From a virus: 64,000 bases of DNA. Under the pieces are notes generated by a model, which worked only from the letters and a program-made list of their open reading frames with translations, searched no databases and had not been told where the DNA came from. The stretch covers positions 96,001 through 160,000 of the IMG/VR virus record IMGVR_UViG_3300008117_000025; one strand, written 5' to 3'. The translations under genes were made by a program, and so were the position numbers. Positions 1-9,800 of this stretch are shown piece after piece; within the stretch, counting starts at the first letter, position 1; each line of letters opens with the position of its first letter.

Positions 1-1603
1 TACTTCCGATTGTAGTATTACTTGGGTCTATATAGAAAGTAAGATCTTCATCTTTAGTGTATATAGCTTTATCTATTACTTCTACATTTAAATCTTTTAC
101 TAAGCAATTCAAATTAATTAACGATTCTTGATTAGGTTCAAATGCATAAACTTTTTTAGCTCCTTTATTAATTGCTAAAAGTGAAAATAATCCACTATTT
201 GCTCCAACATCAAAAACAGTTTCCATTTTATCTAACTCATAGCAATCATATTTGTTCTGGAGGAACATTTCTCGATAATTGTTGAATAAACAATCAAATG
301 GATTATCAATATTTAGTTTTACTTCTTTTTTAATAACATTTTTAACAAATAAATCCTTTAAAAATAAGAAGTTATCATTTTCATCATAAAATTCAACCGT
401 TATAGTTCCTACAGCCGGGTCAGTAGCAAAATTTATGGATGATGTTGGTGTTGGAATTACCCACCAACTGCTATAGTTTATAAAAGTAACGGGAAACCAA
501 TAGAGAGGAGCATTAGAATCTTTTTCCTTAATAGAAATTTTATAGGAATTAGGTTCAGCCCTTTTATAATTTATCGAAATTTTATTTTCTTCAGGTTGAA
601 TATCAACATCAAAATAATTGCTTATGCTATTTGTGTTCATTTTTATATTTAGTTTGTTTAATATTTTTTCTATGTTTTGATTTTTATCACTAAAGTTTAA
701 ATATTCAATATTATCGTACTTATTAAAGTAGTTTAAATATACGTCCAAATTATAAATTAAAGAAGGAACTCTCCAACTAATAGCTTCTCTAATTACTAAA
801 GGCATTGTTTCTTTATCATTGATATGTCCTCTAGAAGTAAATAAGAATAGATCAGCCATTTGATAAAATGCATCTACATCACTTCTTTCTCCCCACCATT
901 TACAGTTAGGAGGAAAATCCTTCATTATTGGTTCCCAATAATATTTAAAATTATCAGCTTGATTACCAATAAAATGGAATTGAATTGGATAATCCTGCAT
1001 TTGTTTTGCGTATTCAACAACTTCGGCTTGATTTTTTCTAGAGGTAAACAAACCTACATTAATAACATGTTTTTTATTAGGATCTAATCCTAACTCAGCT
1101 AATAATTCTTCTCTAGATTTTGTTTTTGTTTTGTATTCAATTGGGTATTCTACTAATTCACAAGGTATATTCAATGGTTTATATGCTTCAACTTGATATT
1201 GACTAACCATTGCAAAGTGATCAGGAAAGTGTTTTTTATTTGATATATCAAAACTAGAATCATGAGAAGTTTCAACTATCTTATATTTTCTATTTGAATT
1301 ATATAACTTTACAGCTAAATCATATGGCATAAACATTTCAGGAATTTCCTGGAGGTGAATAACATCTGGGTTTATTTTTTCAATATGTTCAAATAGTTTT
1401 TCTCTGGGTTCTCCTAGGGTAATTAGTCTGTTTCCCAATAAGTTGACGACTCTATTACGTTGAACTACTAAAACACCCCCTGTAATGTTATCCCATTCAA
1501 TACACCATACTTCACAACTTTCATTTAAAACCTCCATTTGTTTGTAAAGGTATTGAGGCATTCCTCCTGTAGATAGGTGAGGAGCAATAAAAAGTATTTT
1601 CAT
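1..1603 (-). CDS. GT-B (GT4-like) glycosyltransferase fused to FkbM-family methyltransferase; runs off the window and is absent from the ORF track
   Basis: Manual translation from ATG at 1603: MKILFIAPHLSTGGMPQY...HVINVGLFTSRKNQ...ADLFLFTS...ETMPLVIREAIS (GT-B motifs), continuing in frame to VFDVGANSGLFS...VYAFEPN (SAM-binding FkbM motif); no stop seen before the window edge. Confidence 0.85.
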   Translation of the reverse strand, partial: MKILFIAPHLSTGGMPQYLYKQMEVLNESCEVWCIEWDNITGGVLVVQRNRVVNLLGNRLITLGEPREKLFEHIEKINPDVIHLQEIPEMFMPYDLAVKLYNSNRKYKIVETSHDSSFDISNKKHFPDHFAMVSQYQVEAYKPLNIPCELVEYPIEYKTKTKSREELLAELGLDPNKKHVINVGLFTSRKNQAEVVEYAKQMQDYPIQFHFIGNQADNFKYYWEPIMKDFPPNCKWWGERSDVDAFYQMADLFLFTSRGHINDKETMPLVIREAISWRVPSLIYNLDVYLNYFNKYDNIEYLNFSDKNQNIEKILNKLNIKMNTNSISNYFDVDIQPEENKISINYKRAEPNSYKISIKEKDSNAPLYWFPVTFINYSSWWVIPTPTSSINFATDPAVGTITVEFYDENDNFLFLKDLFVKNVIKKEVKLNIDNPFDCLFNNYREMFLQNKYDCYELDKMETVFDVGANSGLFSLLAINKGAKKVYAFEPNQESLINLNCLVKDLNVEVIDKAIYTKDEDLTFYIDPSNTTIGS

Positions 1604-1623
1604 AACTTATAAAACTAATTTAT

Positions 1624-1809
1624 TTATATTTCATTATTAATAGGAGCGGCTTTATATTGTCTTTCTGTTGGATCAGCTGATTGTAATTCAGCTGCTTTAT
1701 CTATTGCCTCTTGTTCAGTAGGGTAGATATATTCTGGGTCATTTGGGTTTAATTTGGCAACCCAAATTTGATCGTTTCCAGGGATAAATTGCATTAATAC
1801 TATATACAT
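1624..1809 (-). CDS. Hypothetical protein, 61 aa
   Basis: ORF track; start overlaps the upstream stop (TAATG). Confidence 0.7.
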   Translation of the reverse strand: MYIVLMQFIPGNDQIWVAKLNPNDPEYIYPTEQEAIDKAAELQSADPTERQYKAAPINNEI

Positions 1810-2765
1810 TATTGTTTATTTATACTGTTATAAATATCATTTATATTAAACATTTCATTTGCATCTATATAAGGACATTCATGTAATATACCATCTAAAT
1901 TATAATCAAACATATATGAATCGATTAATTTAAGACCACCTTGTTTTGGTGGATTTGCTACAATATTGTTATGGATATCATATCCAAACACAACAGGTGA
2001 TGTACCAACCCATAACACAGTTGATGGAAGTTTAAAAGCAGCCGCGGCATGTTGCATGCAAGAATCAATTAATACACGTTTTTTAGCGTTTACCATCATA
2101 GCAAACAATTCCATATTCGTCATTGCTTTATCTATTACTTCAACACCATCTAATTTTTGTGAATCAGGTCTAGTAATTTGAAATATATGGTAATCTTTTT
2201 TATACTTATCTACTATTTGTTGAGAATAATCATACGGCATATCTCTAGCCCAAGAATAACCATATTTTTGACCAGTTAATGGACCACCATTAGTTTGTAA
2301 TATCATTGTTGGTTTATCTCTTAACCACAAACCAGTAGTCATTTTTTGAGCCATATTGACAAATATCTGTGGTTGTTGTCCCGTATAAGGTATATTTAAA
2401 ATATCACACCAATTGTTTATCAGGTGTTTTCTGCGCAGAATATGGTCAGTTTGGTTATATGGTTCTTGTTTAAAGAAAAGCGTATCTTTATCTTTTATAT
2501 AATCATCATAAAAGTAGGATTTATTTCCTGAGAAATAAACTCTATCAATAAATGGATTATTTAGAAAACATTCTGGATGAGATACAACCATAATTAATTT
2601 TCTATCGGGGTATGTTTCTTTTATTGTTTGGCATAGTGCTGTTGCAGCAATATTTTTTCCTAATCCTCCATCAATATGCCAAACTAAATATTTTTCTGTT
2701 TTTGGTGTTTCCGGTACAGAAATAATATTACCTTTTTTCTTCGCTTGGTAAGTGTATCCTTCCAT
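1809..2765 (-). CDS. Glycosyltransferase, GT9/heptosyltransferase-like
   Basis: HIDGGLGKNIAATAL...YPDRKL...LNNPFIDRVY N-terminus and LIDSCMQHAAAAFKLPSTVLW C-terminal motif resemble GT9. Confidence 0.7.
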   Translation of the reverse strand: MEGYTYQAKKKGNIISVPETPKTEKYLVWHIDGGLGKNIAATALCQTIKETYPDRKLIMVVSHPECFLNNPFIDRVYFSGNKSYFYDDYIKDKDTLFFKQEPYNQTDHILRRKHLINNWCDILNIPYTGQQPQIFVNMAQKMTTGLWLRDKPTMILQTNGGPLTGQKYGYSWARDMPYDYSQQIVDKYKKDYHIFQITRPDSQKLDGVEVIDKAMTNMELFAMMVNAKKRVLIDSCMQHAAAAFKLPSTVLWVGTSPVVFGYDIHNNIVANPPKQGGLKLIDSYMFDYNLDGILHECPYIDANEMFNINDIYNSINKQ

Positions 2766-3436
2766 TATCCTACTTTATTAAATAATAATTCAGTTAAACT
2801 ATGTTCATCACCAATTTTACCTTTTGGTAAAACATTAAATGCTAAACTTTTCCTTGTTAATTTACTTTTATTTACAGGAACAGAGTGAAATACATAAGAG
2901 GGAAATAACAATAATAATCCTGGAGTGTAATTAACTGAAAATGAATCCCAAGCGTATTGTGATTTTCTTCTATCTGATTGATATTTAGGTGCTAGGTAAG
3001 AAACATTTGTTCCTACAATTGGTTTATGAAATGAAATTGCAGGAATATCTTCATCTTCCTCACCATAATAAAATACACCTGAAATTAGGCTATTAGGGTG
3101 AGTATGCATTGTGTGGTGTTGGCCTGGGGATTTGTGTGAGATCCATGATTGTGAGAATGCATATTCATCGTATGCATACATCAATATTTCTTTTGCAAAA
3201 TGGAGTAAGGATTGCATTATAAAATCAGCTAATGGTTTGCATTCTTTATGTTCTAGAATATAAGTATCTTTTGAATGAAAACCATATTCGCTTGCTTTAC
3301 CTCCATCAATTAACTCACAGCTATCTAGATGTTTAATTGTTTTATCTAAATCACCATCAGTATAGACTGCTGTAAACAGAGGTGATGGAAATAGAGGTAA
3401 TACTTCAATTGTTTCTTTATTTAGCATAACGTCCAA
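2765..3436 (-). CDS. Putative 2OG-Fe(II) oxygenase (TIGR02466-like)
   Basis: HTHPNSLISGVFYY, LLLFPSYVFHSV, RKSLAFN. Confidence 0.8.
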   Translation of the reverse strand: MDVMLNKETIEVLPLFPSPLFTAVYTDGDLDKTIKHLDSCELIDGGKASEYGFHSKDTYILEHKECKPLADFIMQSLLHFAKEILMYAYDEYAFSQSWISHKSPGQHHTMHTHPNSLISGVFYYGEEDEDIPAISFHKPIVGTNVSYLAPKYQSDRRKSQYAWDSFSVNYTPGLLLLFPSYVFHSVPVNKSKLTRKSLAFNVLPKGKIGDEHSLTELLFNKVG

Positions 3437-4070
3437 ATATTATTTCACTAATAGTTTCTTGATCACCTAATGTACCTTTAGTTAATGCATTAATACCTAA
3501 TGCTTTTCTTACTCTATTAGTATTATTAGGAGGAACACCGTGCATCAAATGCGAAGGAAATATAATAAGATTATTCTGCTTAGGTTGAAAGTATATTTCT
3601 TCTTGTGAATAAAGATGATCTTGATAATCAGCACATATTGAAGGTTCTAAATAGGAACGATGATATGATCTTACCTCTTTACTAAAACATATTGCTGAGT
3701 CTCCTTCTTGTACGTCATAGTAAAATACACCTGCAATTAGTGTGTTTGGGTGAGTGTGTGCTTTGTGAAATTGCCCTGGCATTTTGTATGTTAGCCAGGA
3801 TTGGGCAAACTGTAATTCATCATATGCATATCTCATAATGCCAGTAGCAAATTGATTGAAATGATACATTACAAAATCTGCTAATGGTTTACAAACAGGA
3901 TTATCAATTATATAACTATTTTTAGAGATCATTCCATAGCCACTACCGTGTGCTTCATTCATTTCACAACTATCAAGGTATTTTACTATTTCAGTTGTGT
4001 CACCGTCATATGTTGTAACATATAATGGTGTAGGAAATAAACTAAAAACATGCACATTATCCTTATTCAT
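3417..4070 (-). CDS. Putative 2OG-Fe(II) oxygenase (TIGR02466-like), paralogue of the adjacent gene
   Basis: HTHPNTLIAGVFYY, LIIFPSHLMHGV, RKALGIN. Confidence 0.8.
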   Translation of the reverse strand: MNKDNVHVFSLFPTPLYVTTYDGDTTEIVKYLDSCEMNEAHGSGYGMISKNSYIIDNPVCKPLADFVMYHFNQFATGIMRYAYDELQFAQSWLTYKMPGQFHKAHTHPNTLIAGVFYYDVQEGDSAICFSKEVRSYHRSYLEPSICADYQDHLYSQEEIYFQPKQNNLIIFPSHLMHGVPPNNTNRVRKALGINALTKGTLGDQETISEIIFGRYAK

Positions 4071-4072
4071 AT

Positions 4073-4660
4073 TTAAGCATTTAAAGGAACAAAATTAAAA
4101 GCTACAGATATTCTTTCTTTATGACTTTCATTACGTTCAACATGGTGTTTAACCCAACTGGGAAATAAATAGAATGTGGATGTTTTAGCTTGTTTGCTAC
4201 AATTAAGAGCATTTGCCATTGTTTGCTCATTAATGTCTTTTAAAAAGAACTCAGCATTATCTCCTCTATGCAATACTAAATCACCCATATTTTCATCAGG
4301 TACATCTACATAATATACTCCGGACAGTACACTTTTTTGGTGGTCATGGAGTAAATTATAGTCATGATGACCATTAATATTAATCCATAAATTACCAAAT
4401 TTTAATTGTGTACCTGTATAACGATAGCAAACATCATTTACAAACACAGTCATATCATCTATTAGTGTTTGGAGTGAATCGGGTACGGGAAAAAGTAATT
4501 CGTTGCTGTGCCACCCTCCTCTATTAGAGATAGTAGCACCAGGTTTCTTTTCACGTACTTTTAAACAGTATTGTTTAATTTCATCGTTATCAATTCCAGA
4601 AACAGGACATTCCCACACTGGTGTTGCAAACCATAATTGTTCAAAAACCTTAAATTCCAT
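4073..4660 (-). CDS. Putative 2OG-Fe(II) oxygenase (TIGR02466-like)
   Basis: GGWHS, HDHQKSVLSGVYYV, LFPSWVKHHV, RISVAFN. Confidence 0.8.
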   Translation of the reverse strand: MEFKVFEQLWFATPVWECPVSGIDNDEIKQYCLKVREKKPGATISNRGGWHSNELLFPVPDSLQTLIDDMTVFVNDVCYRYTGTQLKFGNLWININGHHDYNLLHDHQKSVLSGVYYVDVPDENMGDLVLHRGDNAEFFLKDINEQTMANALNCSKQAKTSTFYLFPSWVKHHVERNESHKERISVAFNFVPLNA

Positions 4661-4672
4661 AACTATTATTTA

Positions 4673-5287
4673 TTATCTAAAGGGACGACCCCCTGTCCAA
4701 AAAACCAAACATTTTCTTGTTCCTTTTGTTATTGGTTTTACTCTATGCATACAGAAAGCAGGAAAAATAATTACATCACCTTTCTCTCTTGGTACAGTAA
4801 CAAAACCATCTTTACCACCCATCCAAATTTCAAATTCACCACCTTCATAATCAGTTGAATCTGATAATTGAACTGTCATTGCTAGTTTTCTTTTATTAAC
4901 ACCATATGCTCCAACATCCATATGCCAATCAAGATGACCTCCGTCTTCAGGATAAATAACATAGTGAATTGGATCAGTTACAACATCAATATCAAAATGA
5001 AATAAAGCATCGTTTGCTTGTAGTGCTAAAGGAAATAATAATTCATATAACCATTGAGAATGATTTGCTGGGGTGATGTAGGCAATATCTCTATTGTTTG
5101 TTCTGTAAGCATCTGTATCTGTACCTAATTCAGCAACACCTGTTCTGCCTTTAGAGAATTTGTAATTAGCATAAACCATATCCTCTAATTCTTTGATCAT
5201 TTGATCATTGAATACATTTTTAAAATAATAAAAATCATTCCAATTAGAAGTTGGTTTGAAATCGTTGTATGGTTTTAAAGGAAACAT
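4673..5287 (-). CDS. 2OG-Fe(II) oxygenase, prolyl-hydroxylase/PKHD-like
   Basis: WHMD (HxD), RKLAMTVQLS, YEGGEF, HRVKPITKGTRKCLVFW. Confidence 0.85.
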   Translation of the reverse strand: MFPLKPYNDFKPTSNWNDFYYFKNVFNDQMIKELEDMVYANYKFSKGRTGVAELGTDTDAYRTNNRDIAYITPANHSQWLYELLFPLALQANDALFHFDIDVVTDPIHYVIYPEDGGHLDWHMDVGAYGVNKRKLAMTVQLSDSTDYEGGEFEIWMGGKDGFVTVPREKGDVIIFPAFCMHRVKPITKGTRKCLVFWTGGRPFR

Positions 5288-5290
5288 AAC

Positions 5291-5875
5291 TTACTTTTTA
5301 TAATGGGTATACCACCCTGTAAAAATATATTTTGTTTGTGTTGGTGAAGGAATTCCTCGGTGGGTATGAGTCCAATCAGTAGGCCAAATTAATAATTTGC
5401 CTTGTTCTGGTTGCTCGACATGATTTTGGTAATAGAATTGAGTTCCACCTCCATCATTTACTGTATTAAGATAAACCATCCAAACAAGCACTCTTGCCGA
5501 AGCAGGAATGCCTGCTCTTTCACAGTGCCACCCATAAAATGCTTCCCCAGGCTCATAGCGTTGCATATTAAATAAGGTATCTAATCTAAAGTCATCCATT
5601 TTTTGGAATGCTTGCTCGTGTCTAAAAATATACTTTGATATATTTTCTTCAACAACATCAACTAGATATCTTAAAGGTTTTCCCCAATCTGGGTGTTGTA
5701 GAAAGGTTGGATCAAAAGAAATATCCATTGATTTCTTCACATCGTGCTTTTGTACAACTTCTTCATTGTACCTAAAAGCACCAGGTTGCTTTAATGGAGA
5801 TTGCTCAAATAATTCTATAACCTCTTCACAAAACCCAGGATCTAAAGCCTTAGGGTTTGAATATATAAATTGCAT
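5291..5875 (-). CDS. 2OG-Fe(II) oxygenase, prolyl-4-hydroxylase-like phage family
   Basis: MQRYEPG..WHCE, VWMVYLN, GGGTQF, WTHTHRG, KYIFTGW. Confidence 0.85.
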   Translation of the reverse strand: MQFIYSNPKALDPGFCEEVIELFEQSPLKQPGAFRYNEEVVQKHDVKKSMDISFDPTFLQHPDWGKPLRYLVDVVEENISKYIFRHEQAFQKMDDFRLDTLFNMQRYEPGEAFYGWHCERAGIPASARVLVWMVYLNTVNDGGGTQFYYQNHVEQPEQGKLLIWPTDWTHTHRGIPSPTQTKYIFTGWYTHYKK

Positions 5876-6561
5876 TACTGCTTATTTTGTAACTGTTTTT
5901 GTGCCATAACTGCTTCGTGAGTTAAAGCATTTTGTTGTTTCAAACGCTCCATTGTTTGAAGCTGTCCCATTACATTTGCTACTTCGGTTGGGTCTGAGTG
6001 TTCATTTAATGCGCTTGCTCTGTAGGCTAATCTATGGTGTAAGCTAACGGCTTGATGTGTATTTACTTCTTTTGTATCAAATGACCCATCATCCAATTCT
6101 GTTTTTAATTTAGACCAAGTTTGAATTTCACGAACACGATCGTGAGCTACTTGTTCCATACAAGCTTTATTATATAGATTTTGATCTAAATCAATTTGAA
6201 GTGACATAATCTCCAATTGATCAGCAGCTTCTTCAGCTTCTTTCATTTTTTTCTCTAATTTAAGGCGTTCAACAGTTGAACGTCTCATATCAAATGAAAG
6301 ATTCATTAATGCATCAAAGTGAGCTGACATTTCTCTAACTGATTGCCAGTACTTAGCTGCTACTGTTGGAAATTTACCATCGTTAAGAACTGAAACACGC
6401 ATTTCGGTTTCTGTTCTAAAGATTTGTTTCTTATTCCAGTTGTCAGCTAATTCTTCTTTTAATTGAAGAATTTGTTGTGCATCATTTGGTTTAAGGATAG
6501 CAAGGATGTTCTTTAAATCTTCTGTAACTTGTATTTGGTTGTTTTCTGTGTTTTCAGACAT
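5875..6561 (-). CDS. Hypothetical coiled-coil protein, first gene of the oxygenase operon
   Basis: 228-aa helical ORF directly below a Bacteroidota-type promoter; coupled to the next gene. Confidence 0.75.
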   Translation of the reverse strand: MSENTENNQIQVTEDLKNILAILKPNDAQQILQLKEELADNWNKKQIFRTETEMRVSVLNDGKFPTVAAKYWQSVREMSAHFDALMNLSFDMRRSTVERLKLEKKMKEAEEAADQLEIMSLQIDLDQNLYNKACMEQVAHDRVREIQTWSKLKTELDDGSFDTKEVNTHQAVSLHHRLAYRASALNEHSDPTEVANVMGQLQTMERLKQQNALTHEAVMAQKQLQNKQ

Positions 6562-6581
6562 AACAGATTTATTTTTATAAC

Positions 6582-6613
6582 TAAATATACGAAACTAAAT
6601 TTGTACTTCCAAA
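6582..6613 (-). promoter_or_regulatory. Putative Bacteroidota sigma70-type promoter
   Basis: Minus strand TTTG-N20-TATATTTA versus consensus TTTG-N19-21-TAnnTTTG. Confidence 0.55.
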
Positions 6614-6868
6614 TTAAGGAAGTACAATTGGTTGAGGATAAGGCATTCCAGATTCAGCAGTCCAATCTGCTTGTGCTTGTGCAACAACAGCATCAACAGC
6701 AGCTTGTGCTTCTGCTTGTGTTTTTTCAATAGCACTAACACGTGTTGCCCAAGTTGTGTTTTCAGTTACCCAAATATCGGCAGGATATCCCGCAACGTGA
6801 GCTAATTCGTTATCTTCATGGGTAATGAATCCTTTACCCCAATTAGTAGCTTGATAATAATAAGGCAT
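6614..6868 (-). CDS. Small hypothetical protein, possible fibre-associated chaperone
   Basis: 84-aa ORF directly after the Kelch fibre gene; function inferred from position only. Confidence 0.65.
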   Translation of the reverse strand: MPYYYQATNWGKGFITHEDNELAHVAGYPADIWVTENTTWATRVSAIEKTQAEAQAAVDAVVAQAQADWTAESGMPYPQPIVLP

Positions 6869-6882
6869 ATTGTATTATTTAC

Positions 6883-6890
6883 AATAAATA
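6883..6890 (-). promoter_or_regulatory. Putative late-promoter motif TATTTATT
   Basis: Abuts the upstream TAA, 14 nt before the ATG; recurs before many genes. Confidence 0.5.
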
Positions 6891-9800
6891 TTAATCTAAT
6901 AAAATAAAATATGTTCTGCCTCTAGCAGCAGCTGCTGATTCATAGAATGTCCAAAATATTGATGCTTGAGAAGAAGCAGCACCCAATGTTGGGTTAGAAA
7001 AGTATGAAGCAGTAGTTAAAATTCTAAATTCACCTCTTACACTTTGGTTAGTAATTACAGCGCCACCCGTAGTACCATCAGCAGATATTGTTGTATAGTT
7101 AGCTGTTGGTGTAAAAGTAGTAGTGTTTGTATTCTCAAATGCAACCCCTCTTATAAATAAATAGTTACCACTACCACTAGTTAAGTTGGCTAAGTTTATA
7201 CGAAGAGGTTGGGAAGTACCACCAGCTGCAGAAGATGTTACAGAACCTGTATAAGCGATGGCCCGCTGATCTGTAACAAATCTCCATCCAGTTGCTGCTT
7301 TGGCAGTAATAGATGCTGTAAAAGAAGCTGTGATTGCTGTGCCTGCAGGTATATCGTATGAAGCTGTTAAATAAAATAAAGCTAATGTTGAACCTGCACC
7401 TGCAGCATCGTTTGATGAACGTTCTGATATTTTTGACCATGTATTTCCTATTCCTGCAGCATCAACTGAACCGTTTGAATTAAGTTTGATGATACGATTT
7501 GGTTGTGGGGAGAATGAAGCAGAGTATGTTGTAAAACCACCTACTGCTATGATATCATCATCGGAGTGGATGTAATAATCTTCTACGTCTACTGCTGCGC
7601 CGAAGCCAGAACCTATGTTGAATGTAGTGTCTCTTGATCCACTTAATGATAAACGAACAGAACCACTAAATGTTGAACCAGAGAATTGAGTAAATGTACC
7701 TCCAATTAAAAGAGTATCTTCAGATGAGAAATATTCTTCAGTGCAAGAAACAATGGTTGGAGTACCTCCTCCAAAAGCTAAACCTGCATCTTGAGTGCCA
7801 GCTCCTGCTAATTGAATTCTACCAGTAATTAAAGCACCACCTGCTGTCCAAGTAGACCCATCATATTCTTCTGTACAACTTAGACTAGGAGATATAGCAT
7901 CTCCTCCTCCTACAGCTAAAGCGGCGTTTTGTGTACCTGCCCCTGCTAAACTATTTCTAGCAGTAATTAAAGTACCACCTGTTGCCCATGAAGTACCATC
8001 ATATTCTTCGGTACATGATACTGCAACTGAAACAAATCCACCAAAAGCAACAGCAGCATTTTGGGTGCCATCACCATTTAAATATTGTCTAGCAACTATT
8101 AAGTTCCCTCCGGCTGTCCAGGTAGAACCATCATATTCTTCTGTGTTATTTATGCATGCAGGAGCCGGTGCCCCAATACCTCCACCCATAACTAAAGCAG
8201 CATTTTGGATTCCTGCACGACCCATAAGCGCTCTAGCAGTAGCCATAGTTCCACCTGAGGCCCAAGTAGATCCATTATATTCTTCACTAATTCCTGTAGC
8301 TGTATTAGGTCCAACAAGAAGTCCACCAGCTACTAGAGCAGCATTTTGAGTACCCATACCTACTAACCAATATCTTGAGGTAATTAAATTACCTCCTGAA
8401 GACCAGGTAGACCCATTATATTCTTCTGCAAGATTACCAGCTGGAACACCTGGACCTCCACCAGCTGTTAAAGCAGCATCTTGGGTTCCGGTGCCGGCAG
8501 CAACTTCTCTAGCAGTAATTAAAGCGCCTCCTGCCGTCCAAACATCAACACCACTAGAAGGATAATTCACAACAACACTCCCAGTGTTATTCAATCCAGC
8601 ACCAATAGAAGCAGAAAATGCAGTATCTAATGTTCCATCAGTATTAATTTTTACTATACGGTTTATATTTGAACCGGAGTATGCTGTAAACGCTCCTACA
8701 GCAACGATGCTGTTGTCTGGTAGAACAGCGATGCTGTTGGCGGCTGCGTTGAAGCCTGCGCTACCTATGTTGAATGATGATGTTGAGATGAGGTCACCGG
8801 TAAGTGCATTGAGGAGAGCAATACGGTTACGTGTTGAGCCTGAGACTGAGGTGAAATTGCCTACTGCAAATAAGGAGGGGCTGTTATATTCTTCAGTACA
8901 AGTAAGAACCCCAGAAAATCCCCCACCAACTGCTAATGCTGTGTTTTGAGTGCCTACACCTGCTAGACTAAATCTATAAGTAATTAAATTATTACCATTC
9001 ACCCAAGAAGTACCATCATATCTTTCTGTAGAAAATTGTGTAATTGGTGTTTGAGATGATCCTCCAAATGCAAGAGCTGCATTTTGAGTACCTGCTCCTC
9101 CTAAATCAGTTCTAGCACAAGCCATAGTACCACCGGCTATCCAAGAGGTACCATTATATTCTTCTGTGCATGATAAACGAATTGTTGGACCCACCTGTGA
9201 AAATCCTCCAAATGCTAAGGCTTCATTTTGAGTACCTACACCTCCTAAATACCCCATAGCAGTAATTAAATTACCACCTGTTGTCCAAATAGACCCATTA
9301 TATTCTTCTACACTAGACCCAGCAGGTGTAAATCCACCAATAGCTAATCCTGCATTTTGGGTGCCTGCTCCTGCTGAAGCAAATCTAGAAACAATTAAAT
9401 TACCGCCTGCTGTCCAAGTAGAACCATCATATTCTTCTGTGCATGATACTGTTGTTGGTGTTTGTCCTCCAAAGGCTAGGCCTGCATTTTGAGTGCCGGC
9501 GCCTGCTAGATTATCTCTAGCATTAATTAAAGCACCACCTGCTGTCCATATAGAACCATTATATTCTTCAGTGCAGGATACTGCTACTGAGGGAAAACCT
9601 GTGCAATCTCCACCAAAAGCTAAAGCTTCATTTTGAGTGCCGGCGCCTGCTAGATTATCTCTAGCAGTTATTAGAGCTCCTCCTGCTATCCAAGCACCGC
9701 CATTATAAAATTGATAACATCTTACATCAACCGGACTAAAGCCATCGCCTATATTGAATGATGTATCTATAGCTCCACCTCCATCAATACGAGCACTACC

